From Patescibacteria group bacterium (lineage in GTDB: Bacteria; Patescibacteriota; Patescibacteriia; JAHJFT01): DNA of 64,000 bases. Each line of letters opens with the position of its first letter. Position 1 is the stretch's first letter. The position numbers were made by a program, and so were the translations under genes. The notes beneath the pieces are model-generated. The model did not search any database, was not told where the DNA came from, and was given only the letters and a program-made list of their open reading frames with translations. Shown here piece after piece: positions 36,660-46,319 of this stretch. The stretch is taken from positions 359,397 through 423,396 of the forward strand of contig JAQTTB010000001.1 of assembly GCA_028710985.1 (NCBI GenBank). Direction: 5' to 3'.

Positions 36660-37706
36660 ATGAAAATTCTGGGCATTGAAACTTCTTGCGACGAAACCGC
36701 GCTCGCGGTCGTGGAGACCGACGGCCGGGATTTTAAGGTTATTAAAAACCTGGTTTATTCGCAGATCCCGATTCATGAGAAATACGGCGGCGTGGTGCCC
36801 GAGGTAGCGGCGCGGGCGCACGTGGAAAAAATGCCCGAGCTATTGATGTCTCTCGGAAGCCGCGATGGGAAGGGAATTGACGCCATTGCCGTCACTCACG
36901 GTCCGGGACTCGTTACTTCGCTCCGCGTGGGCGTGGAAACCGCCAAAACGCTCGCCTGGCTCTGGAAAAAACCACTTGTCGGGATCAACCACATTGAGGG
37001 CCACATCATGGCGAATTGGCTGGCGCCAATTCGCAAAATCCAAAATCCAAATAACAAATTCCAAAATATTAGATTTCCGGCGATTGCGCTCGTGGTATCC
37101 GGCGGGCATACCGAGCTTTTTCTTATGCCCCGCCTTGGGGAGTATAAAAAAATCGGCCAGACACTGGACGACGCGGCCGGCGAAGCCTTTGACAAGGTCG
37201 CGAAGATTTTAGACATCGGCTATCCCGGCGGACCGGCGGTCGCGCGGTGGGCTGAATCCGGAAGAACGGATGCATTTGACTTTCCGCGGCCCATGCTTGA
37301 CCGTCCGGATTTCAATTTTTCATTTTCCGGACTCAAGACCGCGGTGCTTTACCAAGTCATGAAAAATAAATCTAAAACCAAGAATCAAAAATATATGGCC
37401 GATGTCTGCGCCTCGTTTCAGGAGGCGGTTGTTGATACCCTGGTCGGAAAAACCATCAAAGCCGCGCAAGCGTCCGGCGTCAAGATTATTATGCTCGGCG
37501 GCGGCGTTTCGGCAAATGCGTGGCTCCGGCGCGAGCTCGAGATGGGAGTGACAAAATTTTTGCCTAACGTCGGTCTCGTACTTCCGGAAATCAAATATAC
37601 CGGCGACAACGCGGCCATGATCGCGGCCGCCGGATATCTCCATGCGATTAAGAAAGATTTTATTGATTGGCGGAAGATTGAGGTAGATCCCAATCTGTCT
37701 CTATGA
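36660..37706 (+). CDS. tsaD: tRNA N6-adenosine threonylcarbamoyltransferase
   Basis: MKILGIETSCDETALAVV...GHIMANWL...VSGGHTELF. It contains an in-frame AAAATCC-repeat insertion (KIQNPNN). Confidence 0.9.
   Translation: MKILGIETSCDETALAVVETDGRDFKVIKNLVYSQIPIHEKYGGVVPEVAARAHVEKMPELLMSLGSRDGKGIDAIAVTHGPGLVTSLRVGVETAKTLAWLWKKPLVGINHIEGHIMANWLAPIRKIQNPNNKFQNIRFPAIALVVSGGHTELFLMPRLGEYKKIGQTLDDAAGEAFDKVAKILDIGYPGGPAVARWAESGRTDAFDFPRPMLDRPDFNFSFSGLKTAVLYQVMKNKSKTKNQKYMADVCASFQEAVVDTLVGKTIKAAQASGVKIIMLGGGVSANAWLRRELEMGVTKFLPNVGLVLPEIKYTGDNAAMIAAAGYLHAIKKDFIDWRKIEVDPNLSL
37035..37070 (+). repeat. heptanucleotide (AAAATCC)n-like tract inside tsaD
   Basis: aaaatccaaaatccaaataacaaattccaaaatatt. Confidence 0.8.
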
Positions 37707-38143
37707 AAAAAATAATTAATTCCGAACAAGAGATGCACGCTTTCGCGGGCAATATCGCCAAAAAATTAAGAGCCGGCGATGTTTTGGCATTGGCCGGCGA
37801 TCTGGGCTCCGGAAAAACCACATTCGTGAAAGGCCTGGCGCGGGCGCTCGGCGTTAAAGAAACCGTGACCAGCCCGACTTTTGTTTTGCTCAAGCCATAC
37901 CAGACAAAAATCCAAAATCCAAAATCCAAAATCCAAAATTTAATCCACGTTGATGCGTATCGGATAGAGAAAGGCGAGGAGCTTATTTTCGTTGGGCTCG
38001 ATGAATTTTTTGAGAGTCCGGACACAGTCACGGTGATTGAGTGGGCGGACAAAGTTAAAAAAATTCTGCCTCGCGGCAGAACCAAATGGATTAAATTTTC
38101 TCTGGGCGCAAATCCAAACCAGCGGATTGTTGTTATTCCGTAA
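37703..38143 (+). CDS. tsaE: tRNA threonylcarbamoyladenosine biosynthesis protein TsaE (P-loop)
   Basis: Walker A GDLGSGKTTFVKG. Its start overlaps the tsaD stop. It contains KIQNPKSKIQN from the same DNA repeat. Confidence 0.85.
   Translation: MKKIINSEQEMHAFAGNIAKKLRAGDVLALAGDLGSGKTTFVKGLARALGVKETVTSPTFVLLKPYQTKIQNPKSKIQNLIHVDAYRIEKGEELIFVGLDEFFESPDTVTVIEWADKVKKILPRGRTKWIKFSLGANPNQRIVVIP
37906..37935 (+). repeat. (AAAATCC)x4 tract inside tsaE
   Basis: aaaaatccaaaatccaaaatccaaaattta. Confidence 0.85.
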
Positions 38144-39845
38144 CCCGAAACACTTCGTCAACCGAAGTCATGCCGTCCAGGGCTTTGAGGACGCCGTCCT
38201 GCACCATGGTAATCATGCCCTGCGCGGCGGCGAGTTCCTCCATCTTGTATTCAGCCACCTCTTCGGCGAGGATGGCTTTTTCTATATCCTTATTCATGGT
38301 GAAAATTTCATAAATGCCGACCCGCCCCTTGTAGCCGAGTCCGTTGCATGCGTCGCAGCCCGCACCTTTCCAGAATTTTAAATTTTTCATATCAACCTTG
38401 ACGCCGCTTTTCTCCGGAATCTTAGAGATGACTTCCAGGATGCGCGTTTGCGTTGCTGCGTCGAGTTTGATTTCCGCTTTGCATTTTGAACAAATTTTCC
38501 GGCAAAGGCGCTGGCCGATGACCGCGTTTAAGGCCGGCGCGAGCAAAAACCCCTTGGCGCCCATGGCAAGGAACCGGGGAATCGCGCCTGCCGCGTTATT
38601 CGTGTGGATGGTGGAAATCACCAGGTGCCCGGTGAGTGCCGCGTTGATGGCGATATCCGCGGTTTCCAGATCCCGGATTTCGCCGACCATGATGATATCC
38701 GGGTCCTGGCGCAGAATTGACCGCAGGCCCTTGGCAAATGTGTAATCATGGGACGGATCAATCTGGCTCTGGCTGATTCCCTCAAGCCGGTACTCAATCG
38801 GATCCTCAAGAGTGATGATTTTGAGTTCCGGATTTTTTATTTTTTTCAAAATCGCGTAAAGCGTGGTGGTTTTGCCGGATCCGGTCGGGCCGGTGGTGAG
38901 GATCATGCCGTTCGGCCGCGTGATCTGGGCCGAAAGAATCTCAAGCGCCCGTCCGCGGATGCCGAGCGCGTCAAACTCAAGGGCAATGGCTTTTTTGGAG
39001 AGTATTCTCATGACCACCGACTCGCCGTAATTCGTGGGAATCGCGGAGACGCGCACGTCAACCTCTTCGTCTTTCATGAAAATGGTAAATCTCCCGTCTT
39101 GCGGCTTGTCGGTTACGTTAATCTTGAGCCCGGCCACGAGTTTGATGCGTGAAATAATTTGTTTCCATTTTTTCTGGTCAATGTCGGCCGCATCCTGGAG
39201 CACGCCGTCGATTCTGAGACGCAGTTTTATGGCATGTTCTTCGGCTTCAACATGGATGTCGGAGGCGCCGAGCCGGAGCGCGGCCGCGATGGCGAGGGCG
39301 AGTATTTCGGTGGTGGAGACTTTGTTGATTTGCGCCTGAAGAGATTTAAAATCAGCCACCGTCTCCTGGAATTTTAAGAGGTCATCCGCCGAAATTTCCA
39401 CGCCTTTGATGATTTTCCGCGGTTCGGGCAATACATCGTAAAGCTTCATCGACCGGTTCAGGCTCTGCTCGGTGACCAGATAAATTTTTCCGTCCGTGTG
39501 CAGGCGTTCTTCAAGCTGGAAGAGAACCTCTTTGATTTTTTCGTCTGCCGGTTCAAGCGCGGCGAGCCGGAGCTCGGGTCCGGTGTAGAGAAAACATAAA
39601 ATCTTGAGCTTCTCCGCCTGCTCGCGGGGAATGAGCGCCAGCGCCTCCGGGCTTATGGCAAAGCCCTTGAGGTTGATATACGGAACGCCCAAAGACTGGG
39701 CCTTGCTCTCGGCAAGGCGCTCCAATTCCGCCTCGCGGACCTCGCCCATCTTTTCCTTGAGTTTTTCTCCGGTCGCCGAAGTCGCCCCCTTCTTTTGCCT
39801 TGAAGGAATGAGGTCTTCGATTGATTGTGGGCCCTGATTGGCCAT
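38133..39845 (-). CDS. pilB: type IV pilus assembly ATPase PilB / GspE family
   Basis: Walker A GPTGSGKTTTL, Asp/His boxes and a C-terminal tetracysteine CRKICSKC...CDAC. Confidence 0.9.
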   Translation of the reverse strand: MANQGPQSIEDLIPSRQKKGATSATGEKLKEKMGEVREAELERLAESKAQSLGVPYINLKGFAISPEALALIPREQAEKLKILCFLYTGPELRLAALEPADEKIKEVLFQLEERLHTDGKIYLVTEQSLNRSMKLYDVLPEPRKIIKGVEISADDLLKFQETVADFKSLQAQINKVSTTEILALAIAAALRLGASDIHVEAEEHAIKLRLRIDGVLQDAADIDQKKWKQIISRIKLVAGLKINVTDKPQDGRFTIFMKDEEVDVRVSAIPTNYGESVVMRILSKKAIALEFDALGIRGRALEILSAQITRPNGMILTTGPTGSGKTTTLYAILKKIKNPELKIITLEDPIEYRLEGISQSQIDPSHDYTFAKGLRSILRQDPDIIMVGEIRDLETADIAINAALTGHLVISTIHTNNAAGAIPRFLAMGAKGFLLAPALNAVIGQRLCRKICSKCKAEIKLDAATQTRILEVISKIPEKSGVKVDMKNLKFWKGAGCDACNGLGYKGRVGIYEIFTMNKDIEKAILAEEVAEYKMEELAAAQGMITMVQDGVLKALDGMTSVDEVFRVTE

Positions 39846-39847
39846 AA

Positions 39848-40876
39848 TTATTTTTTTCGTTTACTGATTTTTTTATGTTCGTGCAAATTCGCGAGTCCGT
39901 GGACCCAGCGGGCAAGTCGCGAAAGTCCGCCACGCGACGCGAGCCGCTCAAAAAGCATGACCCACGCCGTGTACTGGAAGGTGACCGTAAACGCACTTCC
40001 GAAAATCATGACTCCCGCAAAAATCAGCACCGAGAGGATGAGTATCACGAGGAATGCTGCGTTTGAGGCGAGTGCTACAGCCGCGAGAACGAGCAGCATA
40101 ATGGGGAGTGAGATCACGAGGAAGATAAGCACGATCGCAAGTCCAATGAGAAAAGAGATAACGAAAAGCAAAAATCCAAGTTCCATGCAGATGAGCCAGT
40201 GGCGTTTGAAAAGTTCCCAGGCATGGTACAGGGCCGAGCCGTAACCCTTGTTGCGGAGCATCACATAGCATGAAGCGAGCATGGCGATAAAATAAACGAT
40301 TACCGCCGCCGGTATAAATATCAGAAATGATACAAGATAAAGCGCGGCATTCAGGGCGATATTCGCGGAGAGCAGCAGGAACAGGGGAAATGTGGTGAAC
40401 ATCACGAGAAGCGCGATCGCAACCTTGAGTGACACATTGATGCCGAGAAGCGGCCAGAATTTATGCATCCCCAGCGTGAACGCGTCGCCGGCCGGCATTA
40501 ACTTATTTTTTGCCTTTCCGGCGGCCGCCGTAATGAGCGCGCCCTGTGAAGCGACTGAAAGCCAGATGAGCCCGAGTCCGATGGCAAGAGCCACGAGGAC
40601 CGCGGTAATCAGCCAAACGTTTTCCAGAGTGAATAATTGCTTTATGCCGCTCAATTTATCCGGCAATCCAAGAGCGGATTCAAATGGCATGCCCTGGCTA
40701 ACCGCCTGCCACGCCGAACCGAGATTGGTAACGCGGCCGAACATTTTAACACCCAGGTCGTAGATTCCGCCGCTCATCATGAGTCCGGCAAAAAATCCGA
40801 AGACCCAGAGTACTTTATTGCGCCAGGCGAAGAACCAGGCTTCACGAAGCACTTCACGGTATATTGGTTGATGCAT
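39848..40876 (-). CDS. polytopic membrane protein (342 aa, at least 8 TM helices), co-transcribed upstream of pilB; not PilC-like
   Basis: Continuous hydrophobic helices and a 2-nt gap to pilB. Confidence 0.55.
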   Translation of the reverse strand: MHQPIYREVLREAWFFAWRNKVLWVFGFFAGLMMSGGIYDLGVKMFGRVTNLGSAWQAVSQGMPFESALGLPDKLSGIKQLFTLENVWLITAVLVALAIGLGLIWLSVASQGALITAAAGKAKNKLMPAGDAFTLGMHKFWPLLGINVSLKVAIALLVMFTTFPLFLLLSANIALNAALYLVSFLIFIPAAVIVYFIAMLASCYVMLRNKGYGSALYHAWELFKRHWLICMELGFLLFVISFLIGLAIVLIFLVISLPIMLLVLAAVALASNAAFLVILILSVLIFAGVMIFGSAFTVTFQYTAWVMLFERLASRGGLSRLARWVHGLANLHEHKKISKRKK

Positions 40877-40930
40877 ATTCCTCCCTGTCTTGCCGAAGCC
40901 CCGACCGCAGTCGGGACGAAGGCAGACTCC

Positions 40931-42778
40931 TTATTTTTTAATTTTTTTGTTTTGTTGGTGGGATTTTTTCGGAACCTCGATATCCCGGAACAGCGCTTCG
41001 AATTCCTCCTGCTCCAGGGTTTCTTTTTCCATGAGATTTTTGACGATGAGTTCTAGTTTGTCTTTATGCTCGGTCAGAATTTTTTCCGCCAGGCCGCGCG
41101 CGTCTTCAATTAACGCGGCCATTTCCTTGTCGATTTTTTCCGCGGTTTTTTCGCTATAATCCTTTTCTTCGTGGAAATCGCGGCCAAGAAACACGAGCTC
41201 GTCTTTTCGTCCGAAGGTTCTGAGATCAGAACCCATTGCATAGGTTTTGACCATTTGCTCGGCGAGTTTGGTCGCTTGTTTCAGGTCATTGGAGGCGCCG
41301 GTCGTGACATCGCCAAAAATCATTTTTTCTGTGAGATATCCGGCCACCATTACCGCGATGTCGGCGGAAAATTCAGCCTTGGTATGCAGATATTTGTCTT
41401 CGGTCGGGAGCTTGAGGGTGTATCCGGCTGCCGGTCCGCGTGAAATTATTGAAACTTTGTGAACCGGATCCGCGTCCGGGAGCATTTCGGCAGTAAGCGC
41501 GTGCCCGGCTTCATGGTACGCCGTGACGCGGCGTTCGCGGTCGCTCAAAATATGGCTCCGGCGCTCCGGTCCGAGCATAACTTTTTCAATGCTTTCAAAC
41601 ACTTCGTCCAGGCCGATTTTATTTTTATTGCGCCGCGCCGTGAGAATCGCCGCCTCGTTCAGGAGGTTGGCGAGATCGGCTCCGGAAAATCCCGGAGTGC
41701 GCTCGGCAACGCGTCGGAGGTCAATGCCCGCCTCAAGTGGTTTATTGCGCGCATGAATTTTTAAAATTGCTTCGCGGTCGCGGATGTCCGGAAGATCCAG
41801 GATCACTCGCCGGTCGAAACGTCCCGGCCGCAGAAGCGCCGGATCAAGCACGTCCGGCCGGTTTGTCGCCGCGATCACGATGACGCCGATGTGCGGATCG
41901 AATCCGTCCATTTCAACGAGTATCTGGTTCAGCGTCTGTTCGCGCTCGTCATGCGAGCCGCCCAAGCCCGCGCCGCGCTGGCGCCCGACCGCGTCGATTT
42001 CATCCACGAACACGATGCAGGGCGCGTTCTTTTTCGCTTTTTGGAACAGATCACGGACGCGCGCCGCGCCCACGCCCACGAACATCTCCACGAACTCACT
42101 GCCCGAAATATGGAAAAACGGCACATTGGCCTCTCCGGCCACGGCGCGCGCGAGCAGGGTTTTGCCCGTGCCCGGGGCGCCCATGAGGAGAACGCCTTTG
42201 GGAATCTTGGCGCCGAGGGCGACGAATTTTTTCGGATTTTTCAAAAATTCAACAATTTCCTGCAATTCGTCTTTGGCTTCGGTGACTCCGGCCACATCCT
42301 TGAATGTGATTTTGTTTTTCGCGTTTTTGCCGGTTTCGCGCACGCGCGATTCGCCGAAAGATATCGCCTTGGCGTTCTGGCCCTGGACCTGGCGAAAAAA
42401 GAAATAAATGATAACGCCAAAAATGATAAGCGGCAGCAGGCTGGGGAGAAGCAGGGCGAGCCAGTCACTTTGCGGTTCGCTGACTTTTACATTAATTGCC
42501 GCGAGTCGTTCGGCCGGAACATCGTAATTTTTAAGCATTTCAGAAAACGATTCGCCGGATTCTTTATAAATCTCCGCGGTGCTCTGATCCTGGAATGTCG
42601 CGATAAGCTCCTGGCCCTTAACCTCAACGCCCGTAATTTCACCGGCCTTGATCTTGGCGACAAATTCAGAAATATCCATTTTCTTCGCGGATTCAAAATT
42701 GATATTGCTCATCACGAGCGCGATAATCAAAGCGGCGAGTGCCAGCCACAGCAGATTTTTTGTTAGAATTTTTTTCAT
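40931..42778 (-). CDS. ftsH: ATP-dependent zinc metalloprotease FtsH
   Basis: AAA+ [21 protein letters not shown] motif and HEAGHAL zinc site. Confidence 0.95.
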   Translation of the reverse strand: MKKILTKNLLWLALAALIIALVMSNINFESAKKMDISEFVAKIKAGEITGVEVKGQELIATFQDQSTAEIYKESGESFSEMLKNYDVPAERLAAINVKVSEPQSDWLALLLPSLLPLIIFGVIIYFFFRQVQGQNAKAISFGESRVRETGKNAKNKITFKDVAGVTEAKDELQEIVEFLKNPKKFVALGAKIPKGVLLMGAPGTGKTLLARAVAGEANVPFFHISGSEFVEMFVGVGAARVRDLFQKAKKNAPCIVFVDEIDAVGRQRGAGLGGSHDEREQTLNQILVEMDGFDPHIGVIVIAATNRPDVLDPALLRPGRFDRRVILDLPDIRDREAILKIHARNKPLEAGIDLRRVAERTPGFSGADLANLLNEAAILTARRNKNKIGLDEVFESIEKVMLGPERRSHILSDRERRVTAYHEAGHALTAEMLPDADPVHKVSIISRGPAAGYTLKLPTEDKYLHTKAEFSADIAVMVAGYLTEKMIFGDVTTGASNDLKQATKLAEQMVKTYAMGSDLRTFGRKDELVFLGRDFHEEKDYSEKTAEKIDKEMAALIEDARGLAEKILTEHKDKLELIVKNLMEKETLEQEEFEALFRDIEVPKKSHQQNKKIKK

Positions 42779-42860
42779 ATATACCTTATATTATAGTTGT
42801 TTTCGCGGAAAAATGAAATGGGGACGGATTAAACCGTCCCCATCTGTGTTTTTTCATTCC

Positions 42861-44051
42861 CTACTCGGCCACGGCCTCTTTTTTTTCTTCTTTTTTCTCT
42901 TCCTGTTTTTCATCCTGCTTCTCATCTTTTTTCTTTTCTTCTTTTGCCGGTTTGGCTGAGCGTTTCAGGCTCAAGCCCAGGCGATGATGTTCCGGTTCGA
43001 TTGAGATAATGGTGAATTCCAGGGTGTCGCCGACTTTTGCGAGCTCGCTGGTATCCTTTACCGGTTTGTCCGAAAGTTCGGAAATATGGGCCAGGCCGTG
43101 GATGTCCGGGTCAAGCTCCACGAAGAGCCCGAACGGATTGATTTTCAAGACCTTGCCCTTGACCTTCTGGCCGAGAGCGTATTTTTCCTTAACATTGCTC
43201 CACGGATCCGCCAGGAGTTTTCTCATGGATAAGAATATTTTTGAACCCTCGACTGAAATGATTTCCGCCTTGACATTGTCGCCGACTTTCACGAAGTCGC
43301 GCGGATTATCGATGCGCTGCCAGGCGATTTCCGAAATATGGACCAGGCCCTCGAGGTTGTCGAATTTCACGAACGCGCCGAAATCGGCAACCGCCGTGAT
43401 CGTTCCCTCAACCACATCGCCGATTTTGTAGCGGTCAATCAGCCCTTTCTGCTGCTCTTCCCAGACTGCCTTTTCGGAGACGATGAGCTTTTCGGTTTTT
43501 TTATCAACGTCAATGACGCGCACCTCGGATTCTTTGCCGATAAATTCTTTGAGTTTTTCCAGAATCTTGGCTTTGTCTCCGCCCGCGACGCGCGGATAAT
43601 TCTCCGGAGAAAGCTGGGAAACCGGCAAAAAGCCGATTACGCCCGCGTGCTTTATGATCAATCCGCCCTTGTTGGCGTCAAGTACTTTCACATGGATGAT
43701 TTCGCGGCTCGAGAGCAGATCAGCGAGTGTCTGCCAGGCCTTTTGATGGCCGGCGGAACGGAATGAGAGTTCTACCTCGCCATTCTCGTTTTCGAGGTCA
43801 ATGACCGTGGCTTCCACTTCCGCGCCCGGAACCAGTTTTTCAAATTCCGCCGCGTCCTCAAAAAGTTCGCGGCCGCGCACCACGCCGATGTTATATCCCG
43901 GGATATCGATTTTAACTTCGTTTTTTGAGGCCGAAATTACGGTGCCGCGCACCACGTCGCCGGGTTTTGGTATATTTAAAAATTGCTTCTCGGAGAGAAG
44001 TTTATTGAGTTCGCCGTCTTTTGGTTCGGCAATTTTCTTCTTTTTTGCCAT
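42861..44051 (-). CDS. rpsA: 30S ribosomal protein S1 (4 S1 domains) with a Lys/Glu-rich tail
   Basis: Repeated S1-fold blocks (GxV.G.V..I...G.FV). Confidence 0.8.
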   Translation of the reverse strand: MAKKKKIAEPKDGELNKLLSEKQFLNIPKPGDVVRGTVISASKNEVKIDIPGYNIGVVRGRELFEDAAEFEKLVPGAEVEATVIDLENENGEVELSFRSAGHQKAWQTLADLLSSREIIHVKVLDANKGGLIIKHAGVIGFLPVSQLSPENYPRVAGGDKAKILEKLKEFIGKESEVRVIDVDKKTEKLIVSEKAVWEEQQKGLIDRYKIGDVVEGTITAVADFGAFVKFDNLEGLVHISEIAWQRIDNPRDFVKVGDNVKAEIISVEGSKIFLSMRKLLADPWSNVKEKYALGQKVKGKVLKINPFGLFVELDPDIHGLAHISELSDKPVKDTSELAKVGDTLEFTIISIEPEHHRLGLSLKRSAKPAKEEKKKDEKQDEKQEEKKEEKKEAVAE

Positions 44052-44192
44052 ATTATTAATTAGCTTAGCTCATTTTGGCTGGGATGAGCCCCCGTCGCCC
44101 GGGACGGGGATATTAAATAAGTAAAAAAAGTATATACTATATTAAATATCTTGGCAAGAGGCGGCCGCGTTGATATAATATATATAGAATAT

Positions 44193-44867
44193 ATGCCGCA
44201 AAAATACCAAAACGAACTTAATCTCCTCAGAATAGCGATTGAAAAGACGCCGTTCTCTTTTTCGCGCGATGAACGCTCGAAATTTGAAACCCGCCTGGCC
44301 GCGCTTGAGGCTAATCCAGAAACAAAACGCGACGAGATTGAAACCGTGATTGTTGAAGTCGGCAAGGCGACCTGGCCGCATCGCAAGGCCTACGAGGGCA
44401 TGTTTGCCGCTTATGCCAAAGAAAAATACGAAGAGCAGTTTATCAACAATCTGGATGATGATCTTCGCGTCAAATATGAAAATTTTACCCGCGCCGGCGG
44501 CAGCCTGCACGATTACCGCCGCACCCGTGAAATGGAACAGGCCTTTACGCCGGAAGAGTATACTCGGCTAGAAGATGCGATTTTTGAAGCGCGCAAATTT
44601 CTGGATTCATACATGGAAACCGTGATCGCCGAAAACTCCGACGAATACAATGAATCCGTCAAACGGTACGAGTCCAAACAGCGCGACTGCGCCAATATGA
44701 TTGAGAGCCTGAAGGAAATCGCTCGCACCTCGGAAAAATGGGCACCAGAAATCATGGCCAAGGTGCGAAAATTTGAAGAGGGCTGGAGTGCGATTGAACG
44801 CGACTTTGATGAAGACCAATTGAAACATGAGATAGAGTATTGGCAGGGAGTGATCGGACTTGAGTAA
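44193..44867 (+). CDS. hypothetical protein (224 aa)
   Basis: ATG at 44193 with a TATAAT-like box immediately upstream and no clear RBS, so the mRNA may be leaderless. Confidence 0.5.
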   Translation: MPQKYQNELNLLRIAIEKTPFSFSRDERSKFETRLAALEANPETKRDEIETVIVEVGKATWPHRKAYEGMFAAYAKEKYEEQFINNLDDDLRVKYENFTRAGGSLHDYRRTREMEQAFTPEEYTRLEDAIFEARKFLDSYMETVIAENSDEYNESVKRYESKQRDCANMIESLKEIARTSEKWAPEIMAKVRKFEEGWSAIERDFDEDQLKHEIEYWQGVIGLE

Positions 44868-44953
44868 TCGGGCGTTTTTGTGGCTGATTTTCTCTTTACA
44901 CGCCCGTTTTTTTATGGTAAAATTATTCCATTAAATAAGGTCAATTTTAAGTT

Positions 44954-45607
44954 ATGCAAATCTCTTGGCACGGCTTGGCCTGCTTTGAAATCACGGCTAA
45001 GATCGGCGGTGAGGATGTTACCCTGGTTACCGACCCCTATCAAAATTCTACCGGATTGCGTTTCCCACGAACCCTGTCGGCGGATACTGTGCTCGTTTCC
45101 GAAAACCGTCCCGAACAGAATAACGTGGAATCCATTGCCGGCAATCCATTTATCATCAAGCACCCGGGTGAATATGAAATCGGGGGCGTTTTTATTTACG
45201 GAATAAACATCTTCAAAAACGATAATGGAGTAAAAGAGGGCCGGCGCCCGCTCATTTACCGCATCGAAATGGAAGGCATTACCATTGCCCATCTCGGCAC
45301 CATGTATCGCGAGCTTTCGGACGATGAATTGGCCAAGCTCCGGCAAATCGATATTCTTACCTTGCCGGTCGGCGGCGGTCCAGTAATCTCACCCGAACAG
45401 GCCGATAATCTCGTGAGCCAGATTGAGCCGCGCATTGTGCTGCCCATGTATTATGGCTCGCCTAACCTCAAAGAAAAATTGGAAAAGATTGACAAGTTTT
45501 GTAAAGAAATCGGCGTCTGTCAGACCGAACGGCCGAATAAATTTAAAATTTCAAAAAAAGATCTGCCCCAGGAAGACATGCGGGTAATTATATTGGAAAA
45601 AGCTTAA
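44954..45607 (+). CDS. MBL-fold metal-dependent hydrolase (UPF0173 family)
   Basis: MQISWHGLACFEI...VTLVTDPY... matches the UPF0173 N-terminus. Confidence 0.75.
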   Translation: MQISWHGLACFEITAKIGGEDVTLVTDPYQNSTGLRFPRTLSADTVLVSENRPEQNNVESIAGNPFIIKHPGEYEIGGVFIYGINIFKNDNGVKEGRRPLIYRIEMEGITIAHLGTMYRELSDDELAKLRQIDILTLPVGGGPVISPEQADNLVSQIEPRIVLPMYYGSPNLKEKLEKIDKFCKEIGVCQTERPNKFKISKKDLPQEDMRVIILEKA

Positions 45608-45608
45608 T

Positions 45609-46283
45609 ATGCCCAAGAAAGAAAAAGCAAAATCAATAAAGATCGTTGCCGAGGCAAAGCCCGCGGCAAAACCCCGGCCAAAAAAACGCATTTTGAAAGT
45701 CCGGAAAGCCGCGTCCGAGAAACTGGCGCCGCTTGCCGAAGTTGCGAATTTTCCGGTTGAGAGCGGGGAGGCCGGCCGCGCTGAACTCGATCGCCTCATT
45801 GTCCAGGAGGCGGTAAAAGACCAGCCTGTTTTTTCGATGGGCGAAGAAACAAAACCCGAGGAAAGCATTTTTAATACCATTGAAGAGCCGGCTGAGTTTG
45901 AGCCGGATGAAGATGGCACGATTTTTGTCAGCCCGGGCGAACCAGTGAGCCTTTACCGCCGGGTCCTGCTCTGGTCTTCGGTCAGCCTTTGCGCCGCGGT
46001 CATCGGTTTTGGTTGGATTCTAACCATCGGCGGCAGTTTGGGGCTTAAATCCCAGTCCAGCGCGGCTGAATATGAACCCATGACCATGGAAGAAATAAAT
46101 CGCGAAGTCAATTCCAATCTCGAAGATATAAAGGCCGCGGTGGATGAAGATGCTGCTAAGGCTATGATCGAGGACAATACTCTTGAAAAGATCATTGAAG
46201 AAGTAAAAAATTCTTCAAGTACCGGCGAAGTCGCGACCGGGGAGCGCGATATATTTTCACCCCCGTCCAGCACAACGGAATAA
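45609..46283 (+). CDS. hypothetical protein with a Lys-rich N-terminus and one TM helix
   Basis: ORF only. Confidence 0.5.
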   Translation: MPKKEKAKSIKIVAEAKPAAKPRPKKRILKVRKAASEKLAPLAEVANFPVESGEAGRAELDRLIVQEAVKDQPVFSMGEETKPEESIFNTIEEPAEFEPDEDGTIFVSPGEPVSLYRRVLLWSSVSLCAAVIGFGWILTIGGSLGLKSQSSAAEYEPMTMEEINREVNSNLEDIKAAVDEDAAKAMIEDNTLEKIIEEVKNSSSTGEVATGERDIFSPPSSTTE

Positions 46284-46319
46284 TTTTTAATTTTGCATTT
46301 TTAATTTTTAATTGTTGAG

